From positions 1 through 14,373 of IMG/VR virus record IMGVR_UViG_2541047837_000005: a DNA stretch of 14,373 nt. One strand, given 5' to 3'. The notes below the pieces were generated by a model. That model was not told the origin of the DNA and ran no database searches. It saw only the letters and a program-made list of their open reading frames with translations. Source of the stretch: a virus. Taxonomy: Duplodnaviria > Heunggongvirae > Uroviricota > Caudoviricetes. The stretch's first letter is position 1; every line of letters begins with the position of its first letter. Shown one piece after another: positions 1-7,204 of the stretch. The position numbers and the translations under genes are program-made.

Positions 1-219
1 TTACATCCACATAATTTGCTGCCCTGACGGCAACGGGTGCGGCCTTACGGCGTGGACTTCTCCCGGCTTCACGATATATCGCTGTACCGACTCATAAGTG
101 ATGAATGTGGCGCTGCAATTCACGTTCTGACACTGGTGATAACGCTCTTTTGTCGTGTCAGTGATATAGCGACTTGTACGCGCATGTGCGGCATGCTGGC
201 ATAAAGGACAATGAAACAT
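1..219 (-). CDS. ogr: Ogr late-gene transcriptional activator, C4 zinc finger, 72 aa
   Basis: The 93-aa track ORF contains MFHCPLCQHAAHARTSRY...CQNVNC (Cys-x2-Cys-x22-Cys-x4-Cys) from the internal Met at 219; this matches the remembered P2 Ogr N-terminus and length. Stop is TAA at 1-3. Confidence 0.9.
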   Translation of the reverse strand: MFHCPLCQHAAHARTSRYITDTTKERYHQCQNVNCSATFITYESVQRYIVKPGEVHAVRPHPLPSGQQIMWM

Positions 220-253
220 CGCGAGCACCTCTTCCGGTTTTGTTGATGGTGCC

Positions 254-282
254 ATTTTAGTTAATTTATCCTTATAAAACAA
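254..282 (-). promoter_or_regulatory. Candidate sigma70 promoter for ogr (TTGTTT, 17-bp spacer, TAAAAT on the minus strand)
   Basis: Hexamers read by eye in the AT-rich leader upstream of the ogr ATG; no experimental or computational support. Confidence 0.25.
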
Positions 283-300
283 ACAGATAAAACAAAAACA

Positions 301-1263
301 TCACTCATCATCTTCTGTTTCGTACTCCACATCAGAAAGCCTGACCTCAAGCTCCAGGGACGTCGTGAAGCCGCTATTATTCAGAAAATGTGTCACCTTA
401 GTGATTGTCCAGTCCTGCTCGTCTATGACGCGCTTAAAGCCTGACACTTTAACCGGTGTTTCCGTGTAAATATCTGCCCGACCGGTAGCCAGGCTGATGG
501 AGAACTCCGCCACACCCCGTTGCAGTTTATCCCACTTCGCCTGAGCGGCGCGCATGGCCTGCGCTTTCGTGGCATATACCGTAGTCAGGGCAAAAACGTT
601 GTCAGCCTCACCGGCCATGTATTCACCTTCGCGCGCTTCCGGTACTTTAGGCGCTTTCTTCTGCCTGACCGGTTTCGCTTTCGGGTGCTCCAGTGCGCGC
701 AGGTGTTTCTCTTTCTTTTTGCGTTTCAGTTTTACCTTCTGCTTTTGTGGCTTCGGGTCTTTGGTGTGTAACCACTTTGCCGTTACGCCGGTATAGGCTC
801 CACGGTCAGCAATCGCAAAATGATGGCGGTCGCCGTCGCTGCGGGTTATGGTGACCTGCGGGATTTTTTTACCACTGGCCGTCACCCCCTGCCCCGCTTT
901 GAGAAACAACAGTTTTCCCATTTTTACCGACACCTCACCGCCGTTGCGTTCTGCAAGACGGGTCAGGAATTTCGCATCAGACTCCTGCGACTGGTCGATG
1001 TGCGGGATTTTAATTCCGGCCAGTGACGGAGCGACACTAGCTTCCAGCCTGTTAACGGCGCGTTTTGTCGCTTCCGGCCACTTTTCATCCCACCTGTCGA
1101 CCGAAAACGCCCACGCCAGCCACGGCAGCAGATTTGCCGGACAGGTGTCCGGGTTCCACAGTTCACGAATACTGACCGGCGTTTTTTCAATTTCCGCACA
1201 GGCTTTTGCGGCGGCAACTTCAAGCGGTGATGAGCCGGTCGGCAGCAGTCGCGAATCACTCAT
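301..1263 (-). CDS. Chimeric tail ORF: about 70 aa resembling the baseplate protein gpI N-terminus fused in frame to the C-terminal region of tail protein gpD (deletion remnant), 320 aa
   Basis: N-terminus MSDSRLLPTGSSPLE...LWNPDTCPANLLPWLAWAFSVDRWDEKW resembles the gpI family; remainder (IPHIDQ...TITRSDGDRHHFAIADR...LELEVRLSDVEYETEDDE) resembles the gpD C-terminus; length 320 aa versus about 387 for P2 gpD; lies directly upstream of ogr as D does in P2. Confidence 0.6.
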   Translation of the reverse strand: MSDSRLLPTGSSPLEVAAAKACAEIEKTPVSIRELWNPDTCPANLLPWLAWAFSVDRWDEKWPEATKRAVNRLEASVAPSLAGIKIPHIDQSQESDAKFLTRLAERNGGEVSVKMGKLLFLKAGQGVTASGKKIPQVTITRSDGDRHHFAIADRGAYTGVTAKWLHTKDPKPQKQKVKLKRKKKEKHLRALEHPKAKPVRQKKAPKVPEAREGEYMAGEADNVFALTTVYATKAQAMRAAQAKWDKLQRGVAEFSISLATGRADIYTETPVKVSGFKRVIDEQDWTITKVTHFLNNSGFTTSLELEVRLSDVEYETEDDE

Positions 1264-1406
1264 CCGAGCCCCCGGTCACGACGCGGTATTCGGTGCAGAA
1301 AGACGCCTGCGTACTGTTGAGCACAATGTCGGCCAAGCACCTTGCCGACAACAATCAGCACTCCAATCATGAAAAGCGACAGGACGCTTTTTTCTTCTGC
1401 TGTCAT
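1260..1406 (-). pseudogene. 48-aa remnant ORF: holin gpY-like N-terminus (MTAEEKSVLSLFMIGVLIVVGKVL) joined to a short tail that ends in an ATGA overlap with the next ORF
   Basis: Translated by hand from the minus strand (below the ORF-track size cutoff). GGGAG ribosome-binding site upstream of the ATG at 1406; hydrophobic helix typical of a holin N-terminus; TGA stop overlaps the ATG at 1263. Confidence 0.35.
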
Positions 1407-1409
1407 GCG

Positions 1410-1613
1410 TTACTCCCACAGATTGACAGTTTCAGCCACGGGCGCGGTCTGAACGTCGGGCAGTTCGACGGCGGTGCCGTGTGGCAGCACCGCACCCAGT
1501 TCAGCCAGTCCCGGATTTGCGGCGAGCACGGCCTCGACCACGCCCTCAGTGCGCCCGTAATACCGGACACAAATGGCGTCGAGCGTGTCGCCCTGTAGCG
1601 CAAAGGTCTTCAT
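1410..1613 (-). CDS. X: Tail protein X (LysM-like), 67 aa
   Basis: MKTFALQGDTLDAICVRYYGRTEGVVEAVLAANPGLAELGAVLPHGTAVELP from the internal Met of the 90-aa track ORF; ATGA start/stop overlap with L at 1611-1615. Confidence 0.85.
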   Translation of the reverse strand: MKTFALQGDTLDAICVRYYGRTEGVVEAVLAANPGLAELGAVLPHGTAVELPDVQTAPVAETVNLWE

Positions 1614-2122
1614 CAGATTTGACTCACGATGCAGCGCGGCTTGTCCTGGATGCGCGCCACTGCCCAGCGCATATCCCGCCACAGCTCATCAATGGTGCTG
1701 TCAATGCTGTCGGCCTTCTTGTCGCCTTTCGCACTGGCATCCACGCCGCGATAACGCTCATAAAGCGACGCGGTCGCCATCGCACACACGGCGCGCTCGT
1801 AGTAAAAAACTTTGATGCTTTCACCGTCGATGTCGTCCGCCGGGACGTCCGCCAGACGCGTAAAACCGGCGGCAATTTTCTGTTCGCGGTACTCGTACAG
1901 CTCCGCATTCGTCTCCGCCATGCCTGACTTGATGGCCTCACGCAGACGGGCGGGGGCGACGGTCTGCTCAAGGCGCATACGTTCCCGGACGCGCTTCGGG
2001 TCGATATCGGGAAAAAAGAACGTGTTTTTAATCACCGGCTCGTCGCCTGCCGGTTGCGGGATGACCACCGTACCCTCACCGGACACGGGAGCCTCCTTTC
2101 GCGGAATAATCAGCGTCATCAT
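1613..2122 (-). CDS. L: Head completion / capsid stabilisation protein gpL, 169 aa
   Basis: Starts MMTLIIPRKEAPVSGEGTVVIPQPAGDEP at the internal Met of the 189-aa track ORF; length matches P2 gpL; positioned between M and X. Confidence 0.85.
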   Translation of the reverse strand: MMTLIIPRKEAPVSGEGTVVIPQPAGDEPVIKNTFFFPDIDPKRVRERMRLEQTVAPARLREAIKSGMAETNAELYEYREQKIAAGFTRLADVPADDIDGESIKVFYYERAVCAMATASLYERYRGVDASAKGDKKADSIDSTIDELWRDMRWAVARIQDKPRCIVSQI

Positions 2123-2221
2123 GACTACCTCTGAAAAGTCGGGCGGTGGACGCCGGTACAGTGTCAGGTGATTCACCCTCACTGACCGGCGTGCCGCCCT
2201 GGCGCGGGGCGCATTCGGTTG

Positions 2222-2659
2222 TTAACTGGCTTTCTTTTTCGGGCGTCCACGTTTTGCCGGTGTCGCACTCCGGGTCTTACGCGGGGCGCGGGTGGCCGCT
2301 TTGGGCTGCGGCTCCGGCTTCGGTTTCAGCTCCCGCTCCAGTCGTTCAATCTCTTTTTTGACGCCTGCCTGACAGTCGAGCTGTGTCGCACGTTGCAGGT
2401 GAGCCATCAGAATGTCATCCTGTGCACCTTTGCCCTGCTCCAGCACGCCGTTCACCCACGGCAACCAGAACGGCAGCAGTTCGCGTTTTTTCGCGGCCTT
2501 CAGCTCTTTTGAATAAATCGCTTTCAGTGTGCGCTGGTCTGCGGCGAGCTTAACCAGCATCTGCTCATAGACAGTTGCATGTCGCAGCGGGGCGGCTTCC
2601 CGCTGCGCGGTCATCGCTGCCGAGACCCGCATCATGTGGCGCTGTGCGGGACTCGTCAT
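2222..2659 (-). CDS. M: Terminase small subunit gpM-like, internally shortened (145 aa versus about 247 in P2)
   Basis: Ends recognisable (MTSPAQRHMMRVSAAMTAQREAAP at the N-terminus; basic KPKPEPQPKAATRAPRKTRSATPAKRGRPKKKAS tail); position between N and L; about 100 aa shorter than remembered P2 gpM. Confidence 0.7.
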   Translation of the reverse strand: MTSPAQRHMMRVSAAMTAQREAAPLRHATVYEQMLVKLAADQRTLKAIYSKELKAAKKRELLPFWLPWVNGVLEQGKGAQDDILMAHLQRATQLDCQAGVKKEIERLERELKPKPEPQPKAATRAPRKTRSATPAKRGRPKKKAS

Positions 2660-2662
2660 CGG

Positions 2663-3736
2663 TTACGCTCCCGGCTCTGCGGTCGCCTTAGCCGGTGTGG
2701 AGAAATCACCGACCTTAATTTTTTCCACCAGACAACCGGCGGCGTAGTCTTCCACCACGTAATCAATGTTCATTGACTCGTAGTTCTCCACGCGGTCGAG
2801 TTTCGGGTTTTCCTCAATCACGCGGCGATGGCTGTCATCCATGTAGTAGATGGACAGGTTTTCCAGCTTCGTGATGAGCATCGCATCCGCCGGGAAGTAC
2901 GGGACGCGTACCGCCGGCAGGTTACCGATGCGTTTCTGGCTGATGATGACGTCAGCGGCCAGCATTTCGCTGTTGTCCTGCTCCTTGTTGACGATGGGGA
3001 AATATTTGTCCGCCAGCAGCTGACGCCCCACAATCACCACAAGGTCAGGGTCTTCCTGATACCACGGCTCAATCAGGTTGTTGGTCGCATCCATCACCAG
3101 TGCATCGAGGCTGGCATAATCACCGCTCTTACCCACGCGGATGACCTCAGAGGTGGTGTGCCCTTCCTCGTCAGTGACCTTGCTCATCACGCGCGCCGGG
3201 GCTTCATTGCGGTATTTCTGCAGCCAGCCGACCGCCACATCCTGCAGCATCGGATTGCTGCTGCGGTCAGAGGTTTCGGCACGCCTCACGCCGTTAAAAC
3301 CGGCCATGATGAAATCAAGGGACTGGCGTTTGATAATGGCGTTACGGACACGGAGCTGGAAATCCTGATAACGCGCCCACAGGTCCAGCGTTTTGTAGCG
3401 GATATAAAAATCGAAGTTAATCTGGTCGCATTCGTACTTGTTTGACGCCAGCTTCGAGAAGTCCTTCGGCTGACGCTCGGTGCCACCGGCGGTGTCGGTG
3501 GTGCTGGCGATGGAGCCGGTGACACCGATGCCAATTTTTTCCCCTTTCATTTCGCTGACCGGCACAATGTTGATGCGGGTCAGAAAGTCAGAGGACTCCT
3601 GCATGGTGTTCATCAGGGTCTGGGTGACCGACGGTTCAACGGTGAATTTTTTCGACACATCACCGGCGTCGATGCCGTTCAGTTCGGCAACACGGGACAG
3701 GTAAGCATTAAATTTAAAGCGGGTTTCCTGGCGCAT
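2663..3736 (-). CDS. N: Major capsid protein precursor gpN, 357 aa
   Basis: Full-length match in size and sequence character to P2 gpN (MRQETRFKFNAYLSRVAELNGIDAGDVSKKF...); AGGA ribosome-binding site upstream; follows O. Confidence 0.92.
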   Translation of the reverse strand: MRQETRFKFNAYLSRVAELNGIDAGDVSKKFTVEPSVTQTLMNTMQESSDFLTRINIVPVSEMKGEKIGIGVTGSIASTTDTAGGTERQPKDFSKLASNKYECDQINFDFYIRYKTLDLWARYQDFQLRVRNAIIKRQSLDFIMAGFNGVRRAETSDRSSNPMLQDVAVGWLQKYRNEAPARVMSKVTDEEGHTTSEVIRVGKSGDYASLDALVMDATNNLIEPWYQEDPDLVVIVGRQLLADKYFPIVNKEQDNSEMLAADVIISQKRIGNLPAVRVPYFPADAMLITKLENLSIYYMDDSHRRVIEENPKLDRVENYESMNIDYVVEDYAAGCLVEKIKVGDFSTPAKATAEPGA

Positions 3737-3794
3737 AGTTTTTCCTGAAATTAAGGGTTAATCGTGAAGGTTTTCCCGGACTGACTGACGCCGG

Positions 3795-4649
3795 TCAGCA
3801 GTTCGTCATCAGGGCGTCACCGCCACCACCGGTGGCCTTGCTGCGGCGCTGCTGGGTCAGACTTTCGGTGTGGTCGAGACTGTTTTTCAGGCGGGTGAAT
3901 GCCTGGCTGGTTTCATCCGCCCTGTCAGTCACCTCCTGCTTAAGTGCGGAAAAGGCGGTTTCCATCTCAGAGAGGCGCTGCTCAGTGGCGCTCAGTTTTT
4001 CCTGCACATGTTCAGCAACAGCGGTCACCGCTTCATGCACGTCATTCAGACGGGCGTCATCGCTGGCCTGTTTGCGGCCAAAAATGGATTTCACCTTTTC
4101 GGTCAGGGCGGTGAACACGGTTTCAGGCAGGTCTTCAAATTCCAGCTCAACAGGCGTTGCCACTGAAATCAGGTTTTCAGGGCTTAATTTGAAGCGGTTC
4201 AGGGGGTTGTGTTTTGCCGTGCGGCAGAATTCCAGGTATTCCGTGCCGAGGCTTGCCGGGTCATCGGTGACGGCCAGCCCCACCAGATAACATTTGCCGG
4301 TATTGGCAAAGTTCGGCTGAATTTCCATTGAGGTGTAGACTTTCTGCGCGGCCTTGTTCATCGCGATAAGGTCATCGGTCGGGGTGATTTTCGCAAACAG
4401 CGCCCATTTGCCTTTCAGCGCCGAATCGTCGTCAATCTTTTCGGCCTTCAGTTCGACCACATCGCCATAACGTTTAAAAATACCGTCAGGCAGGATGCCG
4501 CGCAGATGTTCCAGGTTAATGCGGCAACCGTAGACACGCGGGTCAAAGGTTTCAGCCATTTCCTGAATATCCTGCGCACTGATGACACGCCCGTCACAGG
4601 TGTCACCCTCAACGCCGATACGAAAGAATTTTGAGACTTTTTTTGCCAT
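3795..4649 (-). CDS. O: Capsid scaffolding protein gpO, 284 aa
   Basis: MAKKVSKFFRIGVEGDTCDGRVISAQDIQEMAETFDP from the internal Met of the 306-aa track ORF; length equals P2 gpO; AGGA ribosome-binding site upstream. Confidence 0.88.
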   Translation of the reverse strand: MAKKVSKFFRIGVEGDTCDGRVISAQDIQEMAETFDPRVYGCRINLEHLRGILPDGIFKRYGDVVELKAEKIDDDSALKGKWALFAKITPTDDLIAMNKAAQKVYTSMEIQPNFANTGKCYLVGLAVTDDPASLGTEYLEFCRTAKHNPLNRFKLSPENLISVATPVELEFEDLPETVFTALTEKVKSIFGRKQASDDARLNDVHEAVTAVAEHVQEKLSATEQRLSEMETAFSALKQEVTDRADETSQAFTRLKNSLDHTESLTQQRRSKATGGGGDALMTNC

Positions 4650-4822
4650 TGTCAGGAGTCCTGAATAGTGATTAGAGGAGTCACATGTCGGCATCAGTTT
4701 CCCGACGATACGCATCCTCCGCCATCAGTCCCGGATGGCTTATCACTGACACAACAGCACCTTAGCGAATCGCGGGGCGCGACTCAGTAGCCTTGCCGTG
4801 TATTCATCACGGCGAGGTATTC
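4650..4822. promoter_or_regulatory. Divergent late-promoter region between O (minus) and P (plus); contains a 7-bp direct repeat AGGAGTC (4654-4660 and 4676-4682) and an inverted repeat CCGTG-N7-CACGG (4794-4812)
   Basis: Intergenic position between divergently oriented late operons, as in P2; repeats read by eye; no clear TGT-N12-ACA Ogr-type site found. Confidence 0.4.
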
Positions 4823-5560
4823 ATGACCATCACCACAGACACCACTCTTTTACACGACCCGCGTCGTCAGGCGGCGCTGCTGTACTGGCAGGGGTTTTCC
4901 GTGCCGCAGATTGCCGCCATGTTGCAGATGAAACGCCCGACGGTGCAGAGCTGGAAACAGCGCGACGGCTGGGACAGCGTTGCCCCCATCAGCCGTGTCG
5001 AAATGAGTCTGGAAGCGCGGCTGACCCAGCTCATCATCAAACCGCAGAAAACCGGCGGTGACTTCAAGGAAATTGACCTGCTGGGACGCCAGATTGAACG
5101 GCTGGCGCGGGTCAACCGCTACAGTCAGACCGGCAACGAGGCAGACCTTAATCCGAACGTCGCTAACCGCAACAAAGGCGGGCGTCGCAAACCGAAAAAG
5201 AATTTTTTCAGTGACGAGGCCATCGAAAAGCTGGAGCAGATTTTCTTTGAGCAGTCTTTCGACTATCAGTTGCACTGGTACACGCCGGAAATGAAAACCG
5301 CAATGGTGCTCAAGGCAAAAGACGTCATCCGCCGTGGCTGTCTGGAATACGACGTCAGCGCCACCGACATCACCAGCTCGTTTATGGCTATCCGCAAGAC
5401 CATGACCAGCAGCGGACGCAGTGCCACCTATGAGGCCAGCCGCAGCGAGGAAGCCAGCCACGCCGACCTCGCCTGGGCGACCATGCACGCCCTGTTAAAT
5501 GAGCCACTCACCGCCGGTATCAGCACCCCGCTGACATCCACCATTCTGGAGTTTTACTGA
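4823..5560 (+). CDS. P: Terminase large (ATPase) subunit gpP-like, internally shortened (245 aa versus about 590 in P2); no Walker A motif seen
   Basis: MTITTDTTLLHDPRRQAALLYWQGFSVPQIAAMLQMKRPTVQSWKQRDGWDS N-terminus after GAGG ribosome-binding site at the internal ATG 4823; stop TGA overlaps the Q ATG at 5560; no GxxxxGK[ST] in the translation. Confidence 0.7.
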   Translation: MTITTDTTLLHDPRRQAALLYWQGFSVPQIAAMLQMKRPTVQSWKQRDGWDSVAPISRVEMSLEARLTQLIIKPQKTGGDFKEIDLLGRQIERLARVNRYSQTGNEADLNPNVANRNKGGRRKPKKNFFSDEAIEKLEQIFFEQSFDYQLHWYTPEMKTAMVLKAKDVIRRGCLEYDVSATDITSSFMAIRKTMTSSGRSATYEASRSEEASHADLAWATMHALLNEPLTAGISTPLTSTILEFY

Positions 5561-6594
5561 TGAGCAAGAAAAAAGGGAAAACACCGCAACCTGCGGCAAA
5601 AAAAATGACCGCCAGCGCCCCGAAAATGGAGGCATTCACCTTTGGTGAGCCGGTGCCGGTACTCGACCGCCGTGACATTCTGGATTACGTCGAGTGCATC
5701 AGTAACGGCAGATGGTATGAGCCACCGGTCAGCTTTACCGGTCTGGCAAAAAGCCTGCGTGCTGCCGTGCATCACAGCTCACCGATTTACGTCAAACGTA
5801 ATATTCTGGCCTCGACATTTATCCCGCATCCGTGGCTTTCCCAGCAGGATTTCAGCCGCTTTGTGCTGGATTTTCTGGTGTTCGGTAATGCGTTTCTGGA
5901 AAAGCGTTACAGCACCACCGGTAAGGTCATCAGACTGGAAACCTCACCGGCAAAATATACCCGCCGAGGCGTGGAAGAGGATGTTTACTGGTGGGTGCCG
6001 TCCTTCCATGAGCCGACACCTTTCGCGCCCGGCTCCGTGTTTCACCTGCTGGAGCCGGATATTAATCAGGAGCTGTACGGCCTGCCGGAATATCTCAGCG
6101 CCCTTAACTCTGCCTGGCTGAATGAGTCGGCCACGCTGTTCCGCCGCAAGTATTACGAAAACGGCGCACATGCCGGATACATCATGTACGTCACCGATGC
6201 CGTGCAGGATCGCAACGATATCGAAATGCTCCGCGAAAACATGGTGAAGTCGAAAGGCCGCAACAACTTTAAAAATCTGTTTCTCTATGCCCCGCAAGGG
6301 AAAGCCGACGGCATTAAAATTATCCCGCTCAGTGAAGTGGCGACGAAGGACGATTTTTTTAATATCAAAAAAGCCAGCGCCGCTGACCTGCTGGACGCAC
6401 ACCGCATCCCCTTTCAGTTGATGGGCGGCAAGCCGGAGAACGTCGGGTCACTGGGAGATATTGAGAAAGTGGCAAAGGTCTTTGTCCGCAATGAGCTTAT
6501 CCCGTTACAGGACAGGATCCGCGAGATAAACGGCTGGCTCGGTCAGGAGGTCATCCGCTTTAAAAACTACTCACTGGACACTGACAACGGCTGA
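5560..6594 (+). CDS. Q: Portal protein gpQ, 344 aa
   Basis: Length and sequence character of P2 gpQ; translationally coupled to P; followed by a terminator and cos. Confidence 0.92.
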   Translation: MSKKKGKTPQPAAKKMTASAPKMEAFTFGEPVPVLDRRDILDYVECISNGRWYEPPVSFTGLAKSLRAAVHHSSPIYVKRNILASTFIPHPWLSQQDFSRFVLDFLVFGNAFLEKRYSTTGKVIRLETSPAKYTRRGVEEDVYWWVPSFHEPTPFAPGSVFHLLEPDINQELYGLPEYLSALNSAWLNESATLFRRKYYENGAHAGYIMYVTDAVQDRNDIEMLRENMVKSKGRNNFKNLFLYAPQGKADGIKIIPLSEVATKDDFFNIKKASAADLLDAHRIPFQLMGGKPENVGSLGDIEKVAKVFVRNELIPLQDRIREINGWLGQEVIRFKNYSLDTDNG

Positions 6595-6599
6595 ACATC

Positions 6600-6621
6600 G
6601 CCGCCTGCGGGCGGCTTTTTT
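6600..6621 (+). terminator. Rho-independent terminator after Q: GCCGCC-TGCG-GGCGGC stem-loop followed by TTTTTT
   Basis: Perfect 6-bp GC stem with 4-nt loop and a 6-T run immediately 3' of the Q stop codon. Confidence 0.6.
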
Positions 6622-6763
6622 ACAACCCGCCATCACGCCCTCACACGCTCACCACCGCACAAAACAGCCCGCATACACACCAACGCCCCGGCGAACAATC
6701 TAAACGCCATCACGACGCGCTCAGACGCTGAAAAAATAAAATCAGCACCACCGCCAGCGCGCA

Positions 6764-6782
6764 GTGCTTTCCCCGCCTCGCC
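6764..6782 (-). other. cos cohesive-end site (19-nt P2 cohesive end GGCGAGGCGGGGAAAGCAC, present as its reverse complement)
   Basis: Exact 19-mer GTGCTTTCCCCGCCTCGCC on the plus strand, about 170 bp beyond Q, where cos lies in P2. Confidence 0.75.
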
Positions 6783-6905
6783 CGCCCGCTTCATGGGTCG
6801 GTTTTAATGCAGGTGCATGACCACCATGGTGTCGCGCCTATTCTGACGGAGCACGATCTAAACTAGCAGCTCCAACGCATGCAAAACAATGCGCCTAATG
6901 CTTGC

Positions 6906-6918
6906 ACATCTGAAAATA
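6906..6918 (+). repeat. Left copy of imperfect 13-bp direct repeat ACATCTGAAAATA flanking the AT-rich cargo
   Basis: 12 of 13 match to 8879-8891 (ACACCTGAAAATA); located at the left edge of the AT-rich block. Confidence 0.3.
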
Positions 6919-7049
6919 AAAATCGTGTAGAAAGATATAGCAAAGTCTGCATATTAAAGCTGGCTGGCACGCAACTCATATCGCAGTGATTTGCCAATTA
7001 CATTGCGCAAAATTTACACTAACAACGGTTATCAAGAAGCAGGCGCAAA

Positions 7050-7060
7050 TTGATTATCAA
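7050..7060. promoter_or_regulatory. Palindrome TTGAT-T-ATCAA in the leader of the MBL-fold gene (candidate operator)
   Basis: Perfect 5-1-5 inverted repeat about 145 bp upstream of the ATG at 7205. Confidence 0.2.
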
Positions 7061-7126
7061 AAACTCGATCTAATCTATTGATCTAGACACGAATATTTAT
7101 GCATCCTGATATTGTTTTAAAGGTCT

Positions 7127-7142
7127 TTGATTGCCTAATCAA
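7127..7142. promoter_or_regulatory. Palindrome TTGATT-gcct-AATCAA in the leader of the MBL-fold gene (candidate operator overlapping a putative promoter)
   Basis: Perfect 6-bp arms with a 4-bp spacer about 65 bp upstream of the ATG; shares the TTGAT half-site with 7050-7060. Confidence 0.2.
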
Positions 7143-7204
7143 GTCCTGCACTACTTTGGCGTACAACACTTACATAAAGTTGAAAACTACAGAAGGGCAC
7201 AAGA

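Noticed and set aside
520-1372. Track ORFs 520-771, 554-796, 820-1026, 848-1372 (plus) and 963-1259 (minus) overlapping the chimeric tail gene
   Set aside because: They lie antisense or out of frame inside a recognisable structural gene, are composition-driven in GC-rich DNA, and have no ribosome-binding sites or family resemblance.
1206-2361. Track ORFs 1206-1598, 1403-1603, 1481-1927, 1573-1815, 1624-1971, 1812-2171, 2146-2361 overlapping X and L
   Set aside because: Alternative-frame or antisense ORFs within the X/L coding region; their translations are Arg/Pro/Ala-rich, typical of GC-rich off-frame artefacts.
3785-3798. Hairpin CTGAC-GCCG-GTCAG between O and N
   Set aside because: Short stem with no following T-run on the transcribed strand and located inside a polycistronic late operon; unlikely to be a terminator, possibly a minor mRNA structure.
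2219-4290. Track ORFs 2219-2512, 2579-2776, 2818-3033, 2828-3445, 3141-3368, 3286-3534, 3480-3704, 3832-4290, 3870-4166 overlapping M, N and O
   Set aside because: All are embedded in or antisense to the capsid genes, which are confidently assigned; no independent start signals.
4798-6402. Track ORFs 4798-5061, 4850-5488, 4867-5115, 5058-5294, 5554-5775, 5642-6121, 5944-6402 overlapping P and Q
   Set aside because: Off-frame or antisense ORFs inside the terminase and portal genes; no support beyond being open.
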